Below are positions 27,429 to 31,162 of a stretch of DNA of 31,162 nucleotides, piece after piece. The notes under the pieces were generated by a model. It did not search any database, was not told the DNA's origin, and worked only from the letters and a program-made list of their open reading frames with translations. Within the stretch, counting starts at the first letter, position 1; each line of letters starts with the position of its first letter. The stretch is taken from contig JBMSQQ010000037.1 in NCBI GenBank assembly GCA_049423385.1, forward strand, positions 1 through 31,162, read 5' to 3'. The position numbers and the translations under genes are program-made. Source of the stretch: Silvanigrellaceae bacterium (GTDB lineage Bacteria > Bdellovibrionota_B > Oligoflexia > Silvanigrellales > Silvanigrellaceae).

Positions 27429-28235
27429 TCAGAGCCAACCAGCAAGTCTGTAGCCGACAATTCCAACGTACTCGTTGAACACCCGCACGGTTCTGTCGCC
27501 ATTGCGAAAATTCAGAAAGCCTTCGCTTGTATGTTCCACAGCGGGCGATGGAACTGGACAAACGGTGAATCCAACCGTCCTGAAAGCTCCCACCGCTCGT
27601 GACATATGTAGCCAACTGGTAACCAATGCAACGGTCTGTCCCTGCCCTTTTTCGCCCAACAAAGCAGCCACCCGGGTGGCGTTGTCTCGGGTGTTGAGTG
27701 ACTTGTCTTCCACAAGGACTCTCTCGGGAGCAATGTCGTGCCGCCATGCCACAAAGGCTTCTTTCATGAGATCCGCCTCAGGCCGGGTGCTGCCCTCGAG
27801 GGTAGGTCCGGCACTCATGACAATTTTCAAGCCGTCCCTGCGCGCGCCAGGCAACACGCTCATCCATCGGGCAGCATGGCGCACCCGGGACTGGCTCGAA
27901 ATCGCAAGGTCATCGGGTCCTGCAAGCCCTCCGCCAAGGACCACCAGTGCCGAAAATGGGTTTCGGCAAGCTTCCAGGGGTAATCGTTCACTCCGTGCCA
28001 AAATCGGCTTTGCCCAAAACTCAGGCATTCCTTTGGTGGATGTGAAAATCACCAACAAAACCGGCAAAAGCAGCAGAATCTGGCGACTCACAGGCAGACT
28101 TCGGACAAACCACTGGAGCAAAAGACTCAGGAGGGCGACGGCTCCCAAATCAAAGCCGAAATCCTTTGCCAGCCGGACCCATTGAAGAGGCCATTCGGAA
28201 GGAATAAGGGTCGGACCGGGAATGGGACTCGCCAT
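27429..28235 (-). CDS. YdcF/ElyC (DUF218) family membrane protein
   Basis: N-terminal TM helices, VVLGGG, EADLM, EDKSLNTRDNA, LVTSWLHMSRA, EYVGIVGYR. Confidence 0.88.
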   Translation of the reverse strand: MASPIPGPTLIPSEWPLQWVRLAKDFGFDLGAVALLSLLLQWFVRSLPVSRQILLLLPVLLVIFTSTKGMPEFWAKPILARSERLPLEACRNPFSALVVLGGGLAGPDDLAISSQSRVRHAARWMSVLPGARRDGLKIVMSAGPTLEGSTRPEADLMKEAFVAWRHDIAPERVLVEDKSLNTRDNATRVAALLGEKGQGQTVALVTSWLHMSRAVGAFRTVGFTVCPVPSPAVEHTSEGFLNFRNGDRTVRVFNEYVGIVGYRLAGWL

Positions 28236-28303
28236 TTGCTGTCTCCTGAGTTAGGGTGACGGCCAATCTATCATATTTTGGTTCAGCCTCGGGACGACGA
28301 CCT

Positions 28304-31162
28304 ATGAAGCTCAAATCCATCACGATGCATGGCTTCAAAAGCTTTGCCGATCGAGTGACCGTTCAGTACCACGACGGTATCACGGGTGTCATTGGTCCGA
28401 ACGGTTCGGGCAAGTCCAACATCATCGATGCCGTGCGCTGGGTGATGGGTGAGCAAACCGCAAAAAGTCTGCGTGCCGACGACCCGACAGACATCATCTT
28501 CGCAGGTTCACAAAGCCGCAAACCACTGAGCATGGCCGAAGTCTCACTGACCTTCAGCAACAATGGTTCGCGCTGTCCTCCCGAGTTTTTGCACTTGCCG
28601 GAAGTCTCAATTGGCCGGCGTATCTACCGCAGTGGTGAACGCGAATATTTCCTCAACAAAGAACCCTGCCGACTCAAAGACATCGTCGACTTTCTGATGG
28701 CCATTGGACTGGGCTCAAAAAGCTACGCAATCATCCAGCAGGACAAACGCGACCGCATCATTCAGGCATCGCCCGATGACCTGCGTGAAATTCTCGAAGA
28801 AACAGCGGGAATCAGCATCTTCAAGACCCGCCGCAAGGAAGCAGAAAAACGGCTCGAATCGACAGGCGAAAAACTGCGCAATTTGGGCGAAATCGAAACC
28901 GAAATCACCAAACAGGTCGAAAACCTGAGTGAACAGGTGGTCAAGGCGCAGCGCAAACTCGAATTGCAGGCGGAATTGCGTGAAAAAGAAATCACCGTTC
29001 TGTCGAACAGAATCGGTTTTTTCCGCTCCAAAGCCAAAAAACTGCGCGACGAAATTGAAGCCAAGAACAAGGAAACCCAAAATCAGACCATTGAAGCAGC
29101 TCAGTGGGAGACTGAAGCAAACGAACTCAAGGCAGAACAAATCGAGGTCACTACGCAAATCAAGGACCTCGAGAACATTTTCGATGAAAAGCGACTTGCA
29201 CTCACAAAGCTCCGTGAACGCCTGGGACACATTGCCAACCGCAAAGCGGAGCGCATTCAATTCAAGGCCAGCTTCTCTGCAGAAATGAATCTTGAAAGAG
29301 AAAATCTCGTTCGAGAAGAAAACCGCCACAACGAAATGCTCTCGAGCCTTGAGTCGGCCGACGAAGAATTGCGCAAGCTTGATGGTGAAAGCGAAACCCT
29401 GCAATTTCAGCTGGAAGAAGCAGATGAGTCGCTGCAAGTGGAACGCATTCGTGGCGAAGAGCTCCGCTCTGAAATCCGTGCCTTGGAAGACAGTACAAAG
29501 CTTCTCCGATCGCGCAACGAAACAGCTCTGGCAGCCATTGAACGTGCGAACCAGGCTTTGTCACGGGCCGATGAACAATTGCGTGAATTCGCCAACCAGC
29601 GCGGACAACTTGCAGCCGACCGCCGTTCGCTTGAAGTTCAACTCAACCAGTTGTCGAGCGGACTCGAATCGGTTGCCAGCGAGCGTGCAGCACTCGATGC
29701 GGAACTCACAATCCTCAACGAAGGCGTCGAAAGCGCTAAGGCCGCACGCGATGCCGCCAAAGAACGATTGCTGGAAGTCAGCACGCGTGCGAGCGGATTG
29801 CAGAAGATTGTCGGCGGCACAGATGGTCTTTCAGACGGTGCCAAACTTCTGCGCGAGAAACTTTCAAATCTCGTTCAAGGTTTCGTTTTTGAAAAAGTGT
29901 CTGTGCAACGCGAAGACGAAGAGGCACTTGAACGTGCCCTTCCCGAACTTCTCGAAGCAGCGTTGGTTCCATCCGGCGACGTTCTCGTCGATATCCTTGA
30001 CAAAGTTGAAGAGTCGGGCAGCAGCCGCGTTGGACTATTGCTGACCGAGGTATTGGCTCCACTCACTGCGTCGGAACTGGATGCAAAGAACAAGATTCTT
30101 GCCAACTCCGGCATTCGCTGTGTGGGCGACAGACTCACCCGCTGCGACATGCCGGCCATCAAGACGCTCTTTGAACGCACTTTTATTGCCCGCGATGAGT
30201 GGTTGTTGTTCAAGGCCTACCGCCAGATTCCGGCAGAGTTGCGTGGCCAGTTCATGCTCATCACCGAGCGTGGAACGTTGGTTTCAGGAAATCGTGAAAT
30301 CGCATTCGGGGAATCCGCAGACGGAGTTGGTCAGGGCCTGTTGCAACGCAAGCGCGAACTTCAAGAACTCGAAACAGAGCGCGACGCGGCGCAGTCTGCA
30401 CTGGCGACCCTCGAAGGCGGTCTTTTTGAAAAGGACGACCGGCGCAAGAAGCTTCATTCGCGCGTTGCAGAGATCGACGCGCAGCTGTCTCGTGAAAAGG
30501 TTGAAGCTCTCAAGCTGACATCGCAGCTGGAGACATTTGATCTTCAGTTGAGGCACCTCGACGAAAATATTCAGCGCGTCGAATCAGGCCGCGGCGAAAC
30601 TCAAGGCGAAATCGACGAACAAAGGCAAAACTACGCGCGAAACCAATCCGAGATCGACAGGCTCGAGAGTGAACGCGCACAATTCACCCGCGATCTGCAA
30701 GATTACGAAGCCGACATCACCGACAAAAAAGAACGACGCGACGAGATTTTCAATGAAATCAACCGCAGACGAACCCAACGGGCAACCATCGTCGAACGTC
30801 AGTCCAACTTCCGCAGAAACTACGAGGAAGCAAAATATCACCTGCAAAGATTGCGGGACAAAGTCGACCGCGGCATAGCACAGCTGAGCGAAATCGACGC
30901 ACAGATCGCACAGGCCGGAGAAGACCTCGGCGGCTCCGAGCGCGAAATTGGCCAACTCGAAGCCGACACCAAGCGGCTTGAAGACGAATTGAACGAAACG
31001 CAATCATCCGAAGCAGAACTGTCCGAGCGATTGCGGGTCCTCGAGTCCAGACTCAAAACCCAACGTGACCATGAATCTGCGCGACAAAAATTCGTTTCGG
31101 AACGGCAAGTCGAATTGGGACGATTTGAGATTGTTCTTGAAACATCTCTCAAGGATGCCAAA
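28304..31162 (+). CDS. smc: Chromosome segregation protein SMC (partial, runs off the window)
   Basis: Not in the ORF track because it has no stop here. MKLKSITMHGFKSFAD...GPNGSGKSNIIDAVRWVMGEQTAKSLR, IIQQD Q-loop, coiled coil and hinge region; the same frame reads ETSLKDAK at the window end. Confidence 0.96.
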   Translation, partial: MKLKSITMHGFKSFADRVTVQYHDGITGVIGPNGSGKSNIIDAVRWVMGEQTAKSLRADDPTDIIFAGSQSRKPLSMAEVSLTFSNNGSRCPPEFLHLPEVSIGRRIYRSGEREYFLNKEPCRLKDIVDFLMAIGLGSKSYAIIQQDKRDRIIQASPDDLREILEETAGISIFKTRRKEAEKRLESTGEKLRNLGEIETEITKQVENLSEQVVKAQRKLELQAELREKEITVLSNRIGFFRSKAKKLRDEIEAKNKETQNQTIEAAQWETEANELKAEQIEVTTQIKDLENIFDEKRLALTKLRERLGHIANRKAERIQFKASFSAEMNLERENLVREENRHNEMLSSLESADEELRKLDGESETLQFQLEEADESLQVERIRGEELRSEIRALEDSTKLLRSRNETALAAIERANQALSRADEQLREFANQRGQLAADRRSLEVQLNQLSSGLESVASERAALDAELTILNEGVESAKAARDAAKERLLEVSTRASGLQKIVGGTDGLSDGAKLLREKLSNLVQGFVFEKVSVQREDEEALERALPELLEAALVPSGDVLVDILDKVEESGSSRVGLLLTEVLAPLTASELDAKNKILANSGIRCVGDRLTRCDMPAIKTLFERTFIARDEWLLFKAYRQIPAELRGQFMLITERGTLVSGNREIAFGESADGVGQGLLQRKRELQELETERDAAQSALATLEGGLFEKDDRRKKLHSRVAEIDAQLSREKVEALKLTSQLETFDLQLRHLDENIQRVESGRGETQGEIDEQRQNYARNQSEIDRLESERAQFTRDLQDYEADITDKKERRDEIFNEINRRRTQRATIVERQSNFRRNYEEAKYHLQRLRDKVDRGIAQLSEIDAQIAQAGEDLGGSEREIGQLEADTKRLEDELNETQSSEAELSERLRVLESRLKTQRDHESARQKFVSERQVELGRFEIVLETSLKDAK

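Noticed and set aside
28363..31161. Many short ORFs listed by the track in the last 3 kb
   Set aside because: All overlap the single smc frame starting at 28304, which the track missed because it has no stop in the window.

Overview
31-kb bacterial chromosomal window, mostly minus-strand genes. The gene content (AgmX/PglI-type domain, many orphan lipoproteins, PrkA/YeaH/SpoVR) suggests a Bdellovibrionota/Oligoflexia-like or other deltaproteobacterial-type organism; this is inference. Left to right: the start of a lipoprotein gene cut by the window edge; a 1047-aa chimeric lipoprotein protease (M4-type propeptide, metzincin domain, two Calx-beta-like repeats, cyanobacterial-type 'bluetail' C-terminus); an AgmX/PglI C-terminal domain protein; a frameshifted, apparently headless acidic 25-aa-repeat gene; a pyroglutamyl-peptidase-like lipoprotein; a small lipoprotein; spoVR-yeaH-prkA, preceded by a catalytically degenerate acyl-CoA-synthetase-like gene and a metallophosphoesterase with a structured leader; an NlpC/P60-like lipoprotein with a sigma54-type promoter; DoxX; a liuB-atuA-liuC-liuD-liuA operon without liuE; two paralogous Ser/Thr/Pro-rich lipoproteins; pdxJ; a YdcF/ElyC protein; and the first 953 codons of smc. 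No rRNA, tRNA, CRISPR array or transposase was recognised. Best candidates for something new: the chimeric protease, the phosphoesterase/pseudo-synthetase/PrkA block, the repeat-protein gene, and a shared CCGATAA motif before several lipoprotein genes. All calls come from reading motifs by eye; no searches were run.
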